Assembly (NCBI RefSeq): GCF_003704095.1
Contig: NW_020846333.1
Span: 1-64,000, forward strand
DNA length: 64,000 nt
Origin: Pocillopora damicornis
Taxonomy: Eukaryota
Direction: 5' to 3'
A program made the position numbers and the translations under genes. The notes beneath the pieces were generated by a model. It did no database searches, was not told the DNA's origin, and was given only the letters and a program-made list of their open reading frames with translations. Of this stretch, positions 37,860-50,017 are shown one piece after another (position 1 is the first letter of the stretch; every line of letters starts with the position of its first letter).

Positions 37860-38755
37860 TAATCTTGTTTTTAATATATTAAAGTTCACACGGCAACCAG
37901 GTGGACAATTAGACATGGTTTGGTGCTACTCTGGTTTACAGATTTAATAAATGTAACCGAAGAAGTTACAATTCATAGACCCAACGTTTCGGCACTCCTG
38001 TCTAGTGCCTTCATCAAAGGTGATCTAAACGCTGCAACAAGAGGTCCTTATATATGATCACTAATTAGCTGCCTTTTTTTCTGACGAGGAGTAAATAGGC
38101 GTCAAGAAGCAAGCCGCCATCGTCACGATTTAAAGAAGTGTGGGCGGAGTTAACATGCTAAGCCTCCAAACAAAGGCGCTGGTGGTAACGCAGATTAGAG
38201 GTGATAATTTTAGAATTATCCCACCCAATTGTATGGTCAGTTAGGCATGTGTACTCCGATAAAGCTGAATCTTCCTTTTTGCGAAAGAAAACCGCTTTTT
38301 GATGCTCTTTCAAACGTGTACCAAACTGACGTTGGTCTGTCCGATGTATTCGTTGTCACAGTCATTGCAAGGAATAACATAAATGGCGTCGGTTCGTTGT
38401 TCTTTCGTGACAAGATCCTTAAGTTTAGCGAAAATATGCCACAAAGTCTGAAAAGGTTTTTGAGCAACTTTAACGTTGTGGCTATTCAAAATTCTCTTGA
38501 TGGGTTCTGCAACACCCTGAATGTAAGGAATAACAGCAAAACCAGTCGCTGGCTCCCTTTCATCAAGAGTGTTACTAGTTGTAACTGGTCTTTGGCAGTT
38601 ACGGAGGAAGGTTTTTGTCTAGCCATTTGCCATTTGATGAAGGTACTAGACAGGAGTGTCGAAACATTTGGTCTGTGAATGGTAACTTCTTCGGTTAGAT
38701 TCATTAAATCTTTAAACCAGAGTAGCATGAAGCTATGTCTGCCAGGCTTGTCTTG
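37860..38755 (-). mobile_element. Penelope-like retroelement fragment (GIY-YIG endonuclease) bracketed by inverted pseudo-LTR segments
   Basis: Minus strand, with frameshifts: IPYIQGVAEPIKRIL..DAIYVIPCNDCDNEYIGQT..FGTRLKEHQK..ENSALSEH..GWDNSKII..RLCLEA. Inverted repeat 37924-38018 / 38633-38727. Interrupts the conserved intergenic unit. Confidence 0.85.
37975..38020 (-). ncRNA. Minimal hammerhead-ribozyme-like motif of the Penelope-like repeat; more degenerate inverted copy at ~38633-38675 (+)
   Basis: Minus strand: TTGATGA-A-GGCACT-agacagg-AGTGCC-GAAA-CGTT, i.e. core boxes around a perfect 6-bp stem II. The C3 position is T. Confidence 0.55.
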
Positions 38756-39920
38756 ATTAAGACAAGAGAGGATGATCCTCTTTTGGTTGAAAGGAATATA
38801 CCCCTTGGCAATTTTTGTTTGTTGAGATGAACGTGGGATGCATAAAACTGTGATGAGTTTGTTTTCATATAACCATTTAATGATTCGACAATTAAACAAA
38901 TTCTAGGATATTGAAAAGCATATGTTAAAAAATAGAAATAGTCTTTAAAAACAGCTTTCGAGTTTTTCAAAAGAAAATAATTCATTTTCTATTTACCGTA
39001 TCTGAACGATTTCCTCAAAAACATTAGCGTCTTGTCTGCACTTTAAAAGCTCTCTGGGAATGACTAATCCAAGACAGACTCCTTATAAGATAGATGGGAA
39101 AGATAGTCGAATGTCTCGCCACAAGAAAGCAAAAAACAAGTTGTCGTTTCTCATCTAAATTTTTTCCACCCATAGGGCCCCCGAAGCTTTCCCTTCAGAA
39201 ATCCATGACTTCTTGATCCGCTATTAACATCAACACTCAAACGAGGGACTAACAATTTCTAAAAACAAAGCTGTCCGACAGCTATTAATCACCTCAGTAA
39301 AAAACAGCAGATAAAAGTCTACAGTTACAACTACGTCAACTGAGCCAAGGAACGTGATAGGCCAGAAAAAGATCCAATTAAATGAATATTGTCTTGTTTT
39401 CTAGGAATTTGAAATAAAGGCCAAGTGTTTAAATTGTTTGTAAGTATTATCCATCCTTATGTGGAGTTACATGCAAAATTTCTTCCTCGAAATGCGCACC
39501 GATAATAGTCTGAGAACTTAAAGGAAAATCTCAGCACAATATTGTCCGTGAAAGTGACAGACGTTCCTTTATCCTAAGCAGAAGTTATTCTTTGAGTAAA
39601 TAGACGAGTTGTTTGCCAATCAAATGTTATTAGTCTGATTTTGGCTTTCGTTCTATCAAACATTCTATAATTTAACCAGCGATCGGCGGGTCTTCTTTAT
39701 TTTTCTGAGAAGCGCAACATGAACGTTGGAAGCTGCGACCGAGTGGCGGAGAGTATAACAAGGAAAACTGAAAATAATTTATCGCAAGTTACCTTTCGAG
39801 AGACAAACAACTCTTCAACGGATCATCCGGACCTGCACTCAGGTTATTAAACATCAGTAACTTCTATTGCCAACAGATCCCCACGGATAAACTCACTCGA
39901 CACAATCCTTTGTTACTCTC

Positions 39921-40021
39921 TACCCTTCGTGTAGCCGTACCCTTCCCCCCCTCCCCCCATGGTAAAACGGAAGCCTCCGTTTCACCTTGGCGGGGGGAGG
40001 GTACGGCCACAGGTAGGCTTA
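39921..40021. mobile_element. 101-bp palindromic MITE with an 8-bp target-site duplication (hAT-like)
   Basis: TTACTCTC at 39913-39920 and 40022-40029. Long internal hairpin gtagccgtaccct..ggtaaaacgga-agcc-tccgtttcacc..agggtacggccac. Empty paralogous site at ~20200. Confidence 0.75.
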
Positions 40022-40484
40022 TTACTCTCGAGCTCAACTGAGCAACAACAACGAAAAAAACAAATAATTAGGGAAACAAAAAAATTGTCCCACATACTGG
40101 ACTAGTGCCATTGCTTTTTCCCCTTAACTCATGAACATTTGGGCGAAGGTTGATTCGACATTTCATTTTAATTATACGATCAATTTAATTTATCATAAAA
40201 TCACACTTTGTTACATTTATTGTTTTAATCGCTTTCATCTGAAAGCACCTTAAGTTACCCATTTAACGACTGTCTTAGAATGAAGGTTATACCTCAGACA
40301 ACAAAGTCTGTTCATCATTACGTCCCAAGGAAAGGTTAGCTAAGCCCTCGTATTTGATTGGCCAAAAGACGTCTGTTGTGTCTGTGTTGTTTTCTCGGAA
40401 ACAGAGAAATATCTCTGATTTCGTATGGGTGTTTTGACAGGGCTTGAATAATGAATACGTTTCTTACAGTTTAAGGCGATCGTT

Positions 40485-41430
40485 ATGAATCCTCCCTTTA
40501 CGAGTCTCAAGAAACAAGTTACTTGCTCGATTTGTCTCGATACCTACACTGAGCCCAAAGCTATATCATGTTTTCACACAAGAGTGAACCAGAAACAAGG
40601 TAAATTCCGATGCCCCGATTGTCAGGCAGAAATAGATTTACCAGAAAGAAAATCGCTTCGATCGTTTGCTGAACAGCTTTTTTCACTAAAGTCTCTTAGG
40701 GCTCCTTGAAGCGCAAGATCGCGATGCCATTCCAAGGCAACAACAGGACACTTGCTCGCAACATTCGAAAGAAAGAGTACAATATTACTGCTCCTCGTGT
40801 GAGGTGTGTATTTTTTCCAATTTGCGTCATGGAAGACCACCGAGGCCATGCATTTGATGTGCTTGAAAAAGCAGTGCAAAAGGAGAAGAAAAACATCTTA
40901 TCGGCTGTCGAGACCATCAAGGAAAGGGCAAACTTGTTTGGAGCAGAGTTGAAATAATTAGAGAAAACATCAGTGGATGTGGAATTGTTTATCGCAATCG
41001 CTAAACAAGAGGTGTCGGAGGCAACTGAACACGTGATCACAATGACGCGACAAGAAGAAAACAACTCTCGGAGTCTTTAGAAATGACGCGTAGGAAGAGA
41101 ATAGAGCGAATCGACTCGGCTAAACAAGAAATGGAATCTCTGATGAATAAAATTAACCAAACGTCTGAATTTGCGGAGAATCTGGTGCAGAGAAGATCAG
41201 CTGTGGATATCATGCACAACAAAAAACAAATTGAAACTTGAAGAGCTTCTTGGAGTCGAAGTTCCAAAACATCGCCAGACTACATTTATCAAATTTATCG
41301 CCGCATTGCAACACAACTTTAAACAAGGTTCTATACAAGTCTCCGAGAAGCCGACAATCGCAGCCAAATCAAGTCTAGAAGGACTGGATCAAACTTTTCA
41401 GATTGGGGCACAAGCAAAGTTTACGTTATT
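40485..41430 (+). pseudogene. Class A TRIM pseudogene, 3'-truncated in the filamin region
   Basis: RING lacks FCCECLERHA; several frameshifts; TAA at ~40955; homology breaks at ~41430 and joins intergenic-unit sequence without an N-gap. Confidence 0.9.
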
Positions 41431-43596
41431 TTTAGCAAATAAACAAGAATTACTATTGCGGACCTATCTCTACAGAGAAACTTCTAGTCAGTTCAGACAA
41501 ATGGGAAGTATCCATAATTAATATGAATATATCAGTGGACATTTTTTTTTGTTGAGATAAAGATCCAGCGCAAGAAAATTTAAAGATTTCGTAGTTCGTT
41601 TTTAACTCTCCACTCGCTCCATACCCCTCCCCTCCTCTCCCCCTCCCCCCCCTCTCCCCCTCTCCCCGATTTCTCGCGAAAAAAGTGCGAGCGAAACGGG
41701 AAGGGAAATAAACAAGCGACAAGTGGCTTATTTGCATAAATTAGCTCGCGTGCCTTGCTGCATGACCTGAAGATACAAAATACTCTCATTCCCTCACGAT
41801 TACTGATGTTGTTGAACAACATACTCTATTCAATAATAAAAGCTACAGCACTTACAACAAATAAGAAATAATTCAAACTGTCCGTTCATGTTTGATCATC
41901 TCACCTCGATTAGCAATTGTCGATTTTATTATAGTGACGGCGTTACGTTTCGATGATAACTCTGTCCATTAAGATTAAAACTATTAAGTATGATTTACAT
42001 CGTCAACTGTTACGAGTAAATTGAAGTATCGTCTGTTATTTCTTTAACCTTCGATTCACTTGTTGCTTCCCAGTTCTACAAATTGTATCTCGCTTTAAGA
42101 GCCTTAATGATTCGACAGTCAATCAAATTCCAGGATATTGAAAGGAATATGTTTAAAAAATAAGTTACATGGCGACAGATAAGCAGTTGTAAGTAACAAA
42201 CTGAAGAGGTCAACTAACCTATTGAATTTGGTCAGTCAAGTCATGACAGATTTCACTCTGTTTTCTCGGAAATTTATATATAGTCGTAAAAAGCAGCTTC
42301 AAGGTTTTTCAAAATAAAACTATTTATTTTCTGTTTTCAGTCACTGATGTCCTCAAAACCATAAGCGTTTAGATATCTGTGCTTTCAAAGATCTCTGGGA
42401 ATGACTAAACCGAGGACAACCTCCTAATAAGATAGATGAGAAATACAGTCCAATGTCTCGCCAGAGGAATGTGAATCACGAATTATTATGTCGGTCTCAG
42501 CTAATGACGTTGTTGTCAGTCAAATTTCTTTTCGTGCGAGAAGGGGTTGCCACTGACGACGGAATAACTGAGAAAACACGAGGAAAGGGAAGAGGAGGGA
42601 AGGAGGCATTGATTACATTTTAAAGAACTATAAAGGCCTAATCTCGTACCTAGATCCTCCCGATTGTAACTGTAACTGTAACTGAAACCGCTTTGCCGTG
42701 ATAAAGGCTAAAAGATTTGTAAAATGAATCCGTTACGAACGTTTTGTGCTTTTTTAGAATCTTTACGTTTCTCATTTAAATCTTTCCCTCTTGTGAGGTA
42801 CCGAAGTTTACCCTTCAGTTTAAATCCATGAATTCTTTCATCCTTTACCCAACGGCAGATTTTCAAAAATTTTAAGCCTCTTAGCAAGACAACTGTAAAG
42901 TCACTTCAATCATTTCGCAATAGATAAACAGTCTAACTTCATAGAGGTCAACGGAGCCAAGAAGTGACAGCCTAAGCAACAAAGTAGTTGACGGCTGACT
43001 TTGTTCTGTTTTCTAGGAATCTAAAACAAAGTCGGTTTGTTTGAACGTTTTTACGCACTGCCCATCCTTTTGATAAGCTACAGGCAATTTAACATTTCTT
43101 CCTCGCACTCCTTCAAATGCCCATCGACGACAGCCTCGAGAAGAACAATCTCACCATAAGATTTGCAGTCTTACTGTGAAACGATTGAGTTGTACAAACT
43201 TCTGAGTGGGAGTGGCCCTTAAAACAACTGTTGTCCGTGACAATGTCAAACCACTAGAATAACTTAATTTCGTTCTATAACAAATCTCGTACACGAAACC
43301 TCGTTTGCTACGTTTTTCCAAATCCCATTTAGTCAAATTCCTAGCTGTCTATAATTGCTTTTATTTCAAGCAACTTTAATTAAGCTAAGTTTAGTTGTCT
43401 AAAATCGAGGCTTCATCCAGACAACAACGTATTTTTATCATTACAAAAGGGCCAGCTAAGTCCTGAAATGCAATTGGCTAGAGGAAGTCAGCTGTCATAG
43501 ACTTTGTGCTAATTTTTCTCGGAATTCGTATGAGTGTTTAAACAGGGCTCGTCGCTCTAATAACACATCAATTAACGACAGTTTAAGGCGATCGTC

Positions 43597-45624
43597 ATGA
43601 ATCCTCTTGCGAAGAACCTCAAGAAACAACTTACTTGCTCGATTTGTCTCGATACCTACAATGAACCTAAAACTATATCATGTCTTCACACATTTTGCAG
43701 TGAGTGTTTAGAGACACATGCAAGAGTGAACCAGAGACAAGGAAAATTCCGATGCCCCGAGTGTCAGGTAGAAATCGATTTACCGCAAGGAAATCGCTTC
43801 GACCTTTTGCCTAACGCCTTTTTTCAAAAAAGTCTGTTAGGTTTCCTTGAAGCGGAAGATCAACAGGCCGTTCCGAGGCAACAACAGGAGACTTGCTCGC
43901 AACATACAGAAGAAAGAGTACGATATTACTGCTCCTCGTGTGAAGCATGTATTTGTCCTATTTGCGTTGCGGAAGACCATCGAGGCCATGCGTTTAACGT
44001 GCTTGAAAAAGCAGTGCAAGAGGAGAAGAAAAACATTATGTTGACTGTCGAGACCATCAAGGAAAAAGCAAACTTGTTTCGAGCAGAGTTAATAAAATTA
44101 GAAAAAGCATCAGAGGATGTGGAAATGATTATCGCAATCGCTAAACAAGAAGTGTCGGAGGCAACTGCACACGTGATCACAAAGACGCGACAACAAGAAA
44201 AGAAACTTTTAGAGTCCTTAGAAATGACACGTAGGAGGAGACTAGAGCGAGTTAACTCGGCTAAACAAGAACTGAAATCTCTGGTAAAACAAATGAACCA
44301 AGCAGCTGAACTTGGGGAGAATCTTATACAAGGATCAACTGCGGATATCATACAGAACAAAAAGAAATTGAGGCAGAAACTTGAAGAGCTTCGTGGAGTT
44401 GAAGTTCCAAAACATCGCCAGGCTACATTTGTCAAATTTACCGCCGCAACGCAACACAACTTTAAACTGGGTTCTATTCAAATCTCCGAGAAGCCGGATA
44501 TCGCAGCTAAATTAACTCTTGAAGGACTGGATCAAACTTTTCAAGCTGGTGTAGAAGCAAAGTTTACATTGTGCTCAGGGACATCTGGAGGAGAGATGGG
44601 TGACTACGCCGATCTCAAAGATCAAGTCGAATTGCTAATAAAACCCGCCAAAGACGTGACAAACGTGACTGTTGATGAGGAATACGATGGAAATGTTAGC
44701 CTGAAATTTACTCCCAAAGTACCTGGGGCCTACAGCATTGTAGTGAAGATCAATGGCGATAAACTGCCGACCTGTCCAATGACTGTGCAGGTAAAGGAAC
44801 GTGAACTTGTTGTGGTCGGTGGGTTGAAGTTAAAGCTCTCCCCAAGGGACTCGCTGGAATGGTTATATGGAATTGCTGTGAATACAGAAGGCCAGATAGT
44901 TGCCACAGATAACTTTAGCCACTGTGTTTATCTCTTTGACAAAAATGGCAACTGTTTGACAACGATTGGAAGCAAGGGTAGCAATACAGGACAATTTCAG
45001 TGCCCTGATGGCATTTCGTTTTTAAATGACAACGAAGTCCTGATTGCAGACTCAGGCAATTGCAGAATACAACGACTTAATATTCAGACAGGAACTGTTG
45101 TGAAAAGTTTTGGACAAGAAGGCAGAGGAAAAGGAGAGTTTGGCTGGCCAAGAGACGTTACTGTGAATGATGGAGAACGAATTGTTGTAACCGAGTATGG
45201 CAATGGTAGGATACAGGTGATGTCAAAGGAAGGAGAGTCTATTTTCACATTTGGAGACAAATGCCCAGAGAAACTCCATCATCCAAACTGTTGCATTCTT
45301 CACAAAAACATGTTTCTCGTATCTGATGCAAGTAACCATTGCATCAAAGCTTTTGATCAAACAGGAACATTCTTATACAAGTTTGGCAAACAAGGGAATC
45401 AAGATGGACAGTTTAAAACGCCGCGTGGTTTGCTTGTAGACAGCTCCAATAATCTTCTAGTATGTGACATTGGCAATAAGCGAGTTCAGCAGTTTTCTTT
45501 AGATGGTCACTTCATAGGCAGTAGTATCACTTGTTTAACTAGTCCTACGACGATGACAAAAGCACCAGACGGGCGCATTCTTGTTATTAGCTGTGAAGAG
45601 AAAAAAGTGTACATTTTGAAATAG
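43597..45624 (+). CDS. Intact class A TRIM-NHL, 675 aa
   Basis: Complete ORF with all domains. Confidence 0.95.
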   Translation: MNPLAKNLKKQLTCSICLDTYNEPKTISCLHTFCSECLETHARVNQRQGKFRCPECQVEIDLPQGNRFDLLPNAFFQKSLLGFLEAEDQQAVPRQQQETCSQHTEERVRYYCSSCEACICPICVAEDHRGHAFNVLEKAVQEEKKNIMLTVETIKEKANLFRAELIKLEKASEDVEMIIAIAKQEVSEATAHVITKTRQQEKKLLESLEMTRRRRLERVNSAKQELKSLVKQMNQAAELGENLIQGSTADIIQNKKKLRQKLEELRGVEVPKHRQATFVKFTAATQHNFKLGSIQISEKPDIAAKLTLEGLDQTFQAGVEAKFTLCSGTSGGEMGDYADLKDQVELLIKPAKDVTNVTVDEEYDGNVSLKFTPKVPGAYSIVVKINGDKLPTCPMTVQVKERELVVVGGLKLKLSPRDSLEWLYGIAVNTEGQIVATDNFSHCVYLFDKNGNCLTTIGSKGSNTGQFQCPDGISFLNDNEVLIADSGNCRIQRLNIQTGTVVKSFGQEGRGKGEFGWPRDVTVNDGERIVVTEYGNGRIQVMSKEGESIFTFGDKCPEKLHHPNCCILHKNMFLVSDASNHCIKAFDQTGTFLYKFGKQGNQDGQFKTPRGLLVDSSNNLLVCDIGNKRVQQFSLDGHFIGSSITCLTSPTTMTKAPDGRILVISCEEKKVYILK

Positions 45625-46327
45625 ACTTTTNNNNNNNNNNNNNNNNNNNNNNNNNNNNNNNNNNNNNNNNNNNNNNNNNNNNNNNNNNNNNNNNNNNNNN
45701 NNNNNNNNNNNNNNNNNNNNNNNNNNNNNNATAATAATAATAATAATAAAGCGGCACTGTAAATTATAGATCTACTAACCTGCTCACTTCAATTTTTCTG
45801 ACATATATTTCATTTCACACTTCATGTAGCCGGTTATTAAAACAAAGTTTACCACCCATTCATTCAAACTGCGTTTTCGGTAAACAATCTTAAGTCAAGC
45901 AGAAAATATCACCTAAACCTCAAGATTCAGCGACACTGTTGAAAGGGCTCATGTTTAGCACTAAAAGGAAGAAAAACTTACAGATAATCCTGAGGAATTT
46001 TTAAAGTCAATTGGTCATCAAAAACGGTAGTCCGCTTTTAAATATCCCACACTAGTTTTCAACATATATTTTGATATCGTAGCTTTCGATTTAAAACTTG
46101 TCAGCCTTGACCATTTTTGCAGACTGTCCAAAAAGAAAATTTTTAGACAATAAGTCAAAACTCATATCAGAAAAACTGTAAAACGTTACAGAGGCTCAAC
46201 TGAGCTTATGATCGTGACTGGCTACGGACAAGCAGCTGAAACGGACTTTGTTCTGTTTTCTAGGAATCTTCTTCGTTCAACTTCGCGCGTCGCTTACGTA
46301 TGTCATTTGTACTTATTGTCGATACTG

Positions 46328-46700
46328 ATGGAGCCGCTGAAGAAACAAGTTACTTGTTCGATTTGCTTCGATACCTACACAGAGCCCAAAACTATATCAT
46401 GTCTTCACACGTTTTGCTGTGAGTGTTTGGAGAAACATGTAAGAGTGAGCCAGAAAAAGGGAAAATTTCGATGCCCCGAGTGTCAGGCAGTGATCGATTT
46501 ACCAGATGGAAATCGCTTCGACCGTTTGCCTAACAGTTTTTTCCATAAGAGGTCATTGAATCGCGCTGTTCGACAGGGTGGTGCGGCGAGTATAGCTTTA
46601 CTTGTTATCAATGCAGCGTAACCAATCCCCAGATGTAATACTGCTTCGACTGCGAACGATTCATGGGCCCTGATTGTTTCAACGCACATGAAGTGCTCAT
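46328..46700 (+). pseudogene. Class B TRIM 5' fragment (RING plus broken B-box1)
   Basis: MEPLKKQVTCSICFDTY...; frameshift and stops at ~46590-46640; joins intergenic sequence at ~46700 without a gap. Confidence 0.85.
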
Positions 46701-47806
46701 GGAGTAAATGTAGTGGTTTTTCCATCTCTTCTATATTTGCCTTTACTACAGAGAAACTGAGTCGAAGATGAGGCAATATATAAATGATTTAATAAATGAA
46801 TCAAAAATGATAAAAAATAGTTCTTATTTATCTCTTCCCTTCTTCCACCCCCCCTTCCCCCCCCTCCCTTCCCCCCCCCCTCCCCGGCTCACCCCCATCC
46901 CTCTCTCCTGATTTCTCACGAACAAAGTGCGAGCGAAAGGGAAGCATAATAAACAAGCGACATGCGGCTGATTTGCATAAATTAACTAGCGTGCCTTGCT
47001 GCATGACCTGAAGATATAAAAATTTGGATTCCCAGTCGCTCACGATTACCGATGTTGTTAAGTAACATACTCTATTCAATAACAAAAGCGAAAGCGTTTA
47101 CAATAAATAAAAAATTCATTCAAACTGTCCGTGCATGTTTGATAATCTCACCCTATGTGGCAATTGTCGATTTTCGTAACGTGACGCGATTCGTTTCGAT
47201 AATAACTCCGTCCATTACGATTAAAACTATCAAGTTTGATTTCCATCGTCAACTACAACGAGTAAATTGAAGAGGTCAACTAATATATTGAATGTGATCT
47301 CTGAGGTCATGACAGATGTCCGTTCTGCTTTCTCGGAAATCTAAATATAGTCGTAAAAAGTAGCTTGATGGTTTTTCAAAAGAAAACTATTTATTTTCTG
47401 TTTTCAATGAATGATGTCTTCAAAACCAAAAGCGTTTAGATATATGTGTTTTCAAAGATCTCTGGGAATGGCTAAACCGAGGAGATATAAGATAGATGAG
47501 AACTTTAGTCGAATGTCTCGCCGGAGGAATGCAAATTACGAATTATTATTTCGGTCTCAGCTGGTAACGTTGTTGCCAGCCAAATTTCCTTTCATGGGAG
47601 AAGGGGTTGCCACTGACAACGGAATAACTTAGTCTAAGTTCTGGAATGCGATTGGCCAGAAGAAGTCAGTTGTCATGAATTTGAGCAATTTTTATTGCAA
47701 ACTGATTGTATTGTAGTGTCTAGTCTGTTAAATCATATATACAAGTGTCTTAACAGGGCTCGTCGCTGAAAAACGGATCAGTTTACAACAGTTTAAGGCG
47801 TTAGTC

Positions 47807-50017
47807 ATGAATTCTCTCCCTAAGAATCTCAAGAAACAAGTTACTTGTTCGATTTGCTTCGATACCTACGCAGAGCCCAAAACTATATCATGTCTTCACA
47901 CGTTTTGCTGTGAGTGTTTGGAGAAACATGTAAGAGTGAGCCAGAAAAAGGGAAAATTTCGATGCCCCGAGTGTCAGGCAGTGATCGATTTACCAGATGG
48001 AAATCGCTTCGACCGTTTGCCTACCAGCTTTTTCCATAAGAGTTTATTGAATCTTCTGGCTGTTCGAAAGGGTGGTGCGGCAAGTAGCTTTACCTGTTTT
48101 CAATGCAGTGCAACCAACCCCCAGATGTACTACTGCTTCGACTGCGAACGATTCATGTGCCCTGATTGTTTCAACGCACATGAATTGCTCAAGAAGTCTT
48201 TTCAAGGACACAAAGTCACACCAGTTCAAGACTTCAAAACAGAAGATTACGAAGCATTGTTAAAGAGACAACCGTTTTGTTCTCGGCAGTTCCACGAGAG
48301 AGAAATTACACGGTTCTTTTGCTCGCAGTGTCAAGTTTGCATTTGTCAAATTTGCATAGTCACGGATCATCAAAACCACAAAGTTGTTGTGCTCGACAAA
48401 ATAGCACACGAGGAAAAGGATAACATGATGTCGGGCGCTAAATTGATCAAGAAAATGGAAAACAAGCTCCGTGAAGTCATTAAGCAGTTTAAAGAAACCA
48501 TTTCGAAGCTGGAAAGCAATATGGAAACGGCTAAGCGAAGCGTCAAGCAAGCAGCTGAGGAAATGATCGCAGATATTCGAGAGCGCGAGCGAGAGGCGTT
48601 GGAATCCCTCGAGGAAACACGCGCGTCGAGACTCCATAAAATTAACTCGGCTAAACAGGAAGTGGAATCCTTAGTAAAACAAATGAACCAAGCAGCTCAG
48701 TTTGCGGAAAATCTAGTGCAGGGAACCTCAAGCTCGGATATTATGCAGAACAAAGAAACTATAAGGACCAAATTTGAAGAGCTTCTGCGAGTTGAAGTTC
48801 CAAAACATCAGCAGACGACATTCATTAAATTCACTGCAGCATCTCACAAGGACTTGAAACTGGGTTTCATTGAAGTCACTGAAGACGCAGCAAAGGCAGC
48901 TAAATCAACTTTAGACGGACTGGATCAAACTTTCCAGGCTGGAGTAGAAGCAGAGTTTACGTTATATCCAAAGAAATCTGGAGATGAGATGAGTAACCAG
49001 GCTGATCTTAAAAGTCGAGTTGAATTGCTGGTTAAACCCGTCAAGGATGTTACAGACGTGATTGTCGAAGAGAAAGAGGACGGCAATCTTGCATTGAAGT
49101 TTACTCCCAAAGTACCTGGCGCCTATAGCATTGAGGTGAAGATTAATGGCGATAAACTATCGACCCGTCCCATGACTGTGCAGGTAAAAGAACGTGAAAT
49201 TGTTGTGGTCGGTGAGTTGAAGTTAAAGCTCTTTAAAGGGAACACTCTTGAACGGTTATTTGGAGTTGCTGTGAATACAGAAGGCCAGATAGTTGTAACA
49301 GATAACTTTGGCCACTGTGTTTATGTCTTTGACAACAATGGCAACTGTTTGAGAAAAAGTAGAGGCGAGGGTAGCAATACAGGACAATTTCAGTACCCTA
49401 ATGGCATTTCGTTTTTTAATGACAACGAAGTCCTGATTGCAGACTCAGGAAATTGCAGAATACAACGACTTAATATTCAGACAGGAACCGTGGTCAAAAG
49501 TTTTGGAAAAAGAGGCAGGGGAAAAGGAGAGTTTGGCAGGCCATTAGACGTTACTGTGGATGATAAAGAACGCATTGTTGTAACCGAGTGGGACAATAAT
49601 AGGATACAGGTGATGTCAAAGGAGGGGGAATCTATTTTCACATTTGGAGACAAAGGCCCAGAGAAACTTTTATGGCCAACCTGCTGCATTCTTTACCAAA
49701 ACAGGTTTCTCGTATCCGATACAGGCAACCACTGCATAAAAGCTTTTGATCAGTCAGGAACATTGTTATACAAATTTGGCAAAAAAGGGAATCAAGATGG
49801 ACAATTTAACTGGCCGTATGGTTTGCTTGTAGACAGCTCCGATAATCTTCTAGTATGTGACTCTGGCAACAACCGAGTTCAGCAGTTTTCTTTAGACGGT
49901 CGCTTCACCGGCAAAAGCATCATTCGTTTATCTAATGTTACAGCGATGTTAACAGCACCAGACAGGCGTATTCTTGTTACTAGCCATGATGAGAAAAAGG
50001 TGTACATTTTAAAATAG
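47807..50017 (+). CDS. Intact class B TRIM-NHL (RING-B1-B2-CC-filamin-6xNHL), 736 aa
   Basis: Complete ORF with two B-boxes. Confidence 0.95.
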   Translation: MNSLPKNLKKQVTCSICFDTYAEPKTISCLHTFCCECLEKHVRVSQKKGKFRCPECQAVIDLPDGNRFDRLPTSFFHKSLLNLLAVRKGGAASSFTCFQCSATNPQMYYCFDCERFMCPDCFNAHELLKKSFQGHKVTPVQDFKTEDYEALLKRQPFCSRQFHEREITRFFCSQCQVCICQICIVTDHQNHKVVVLDKIAHEEKDNMMSGAKLIKKMENKLREVIKQFKETISKLESNMETAKRSVKQAAEEMIADIREREREALESLEETRASRLHKINSAKQEVESLVKQMNQAAQFAENLVQGTSSSDIMQNKETIRTKFEELLRVEVPKHQQTTFIKFTAASHKDLKLGFIEVTEDAAKAAKSTLDGLDQTFQAGVEAEFTLYPKKSGDEMSNQADLKSRVELLVKPVKDVTDVIVEEKEDGNLALKFTPKVPGAYSIEVKINGDKLSTRPMTVQVKEREIVVVGELKLKLFKGNTLERLFGVAVNTEGQIVVTDNFGHCVYVFDNNGNCLRKSRGEGSNTGQFQYPNGISFFNDNEVLIADSGNCRIQRLNIQTGTVVKSFGKRGRGKGEFGRPLDVTVDDKERIVVTEWDNNRIQVMSKEGESIFTFGDKGPEKLLWPTCCILYQNRFLVSDTGNHCIKAFDQSGTLLYKFGKKGNQDGQFNWPYGLLVDSSDNLLVCDSGNNRVQQFSLDGRFTGKSIIRLSNVTAMLTAPDRRILVTSHDEKKVYILK

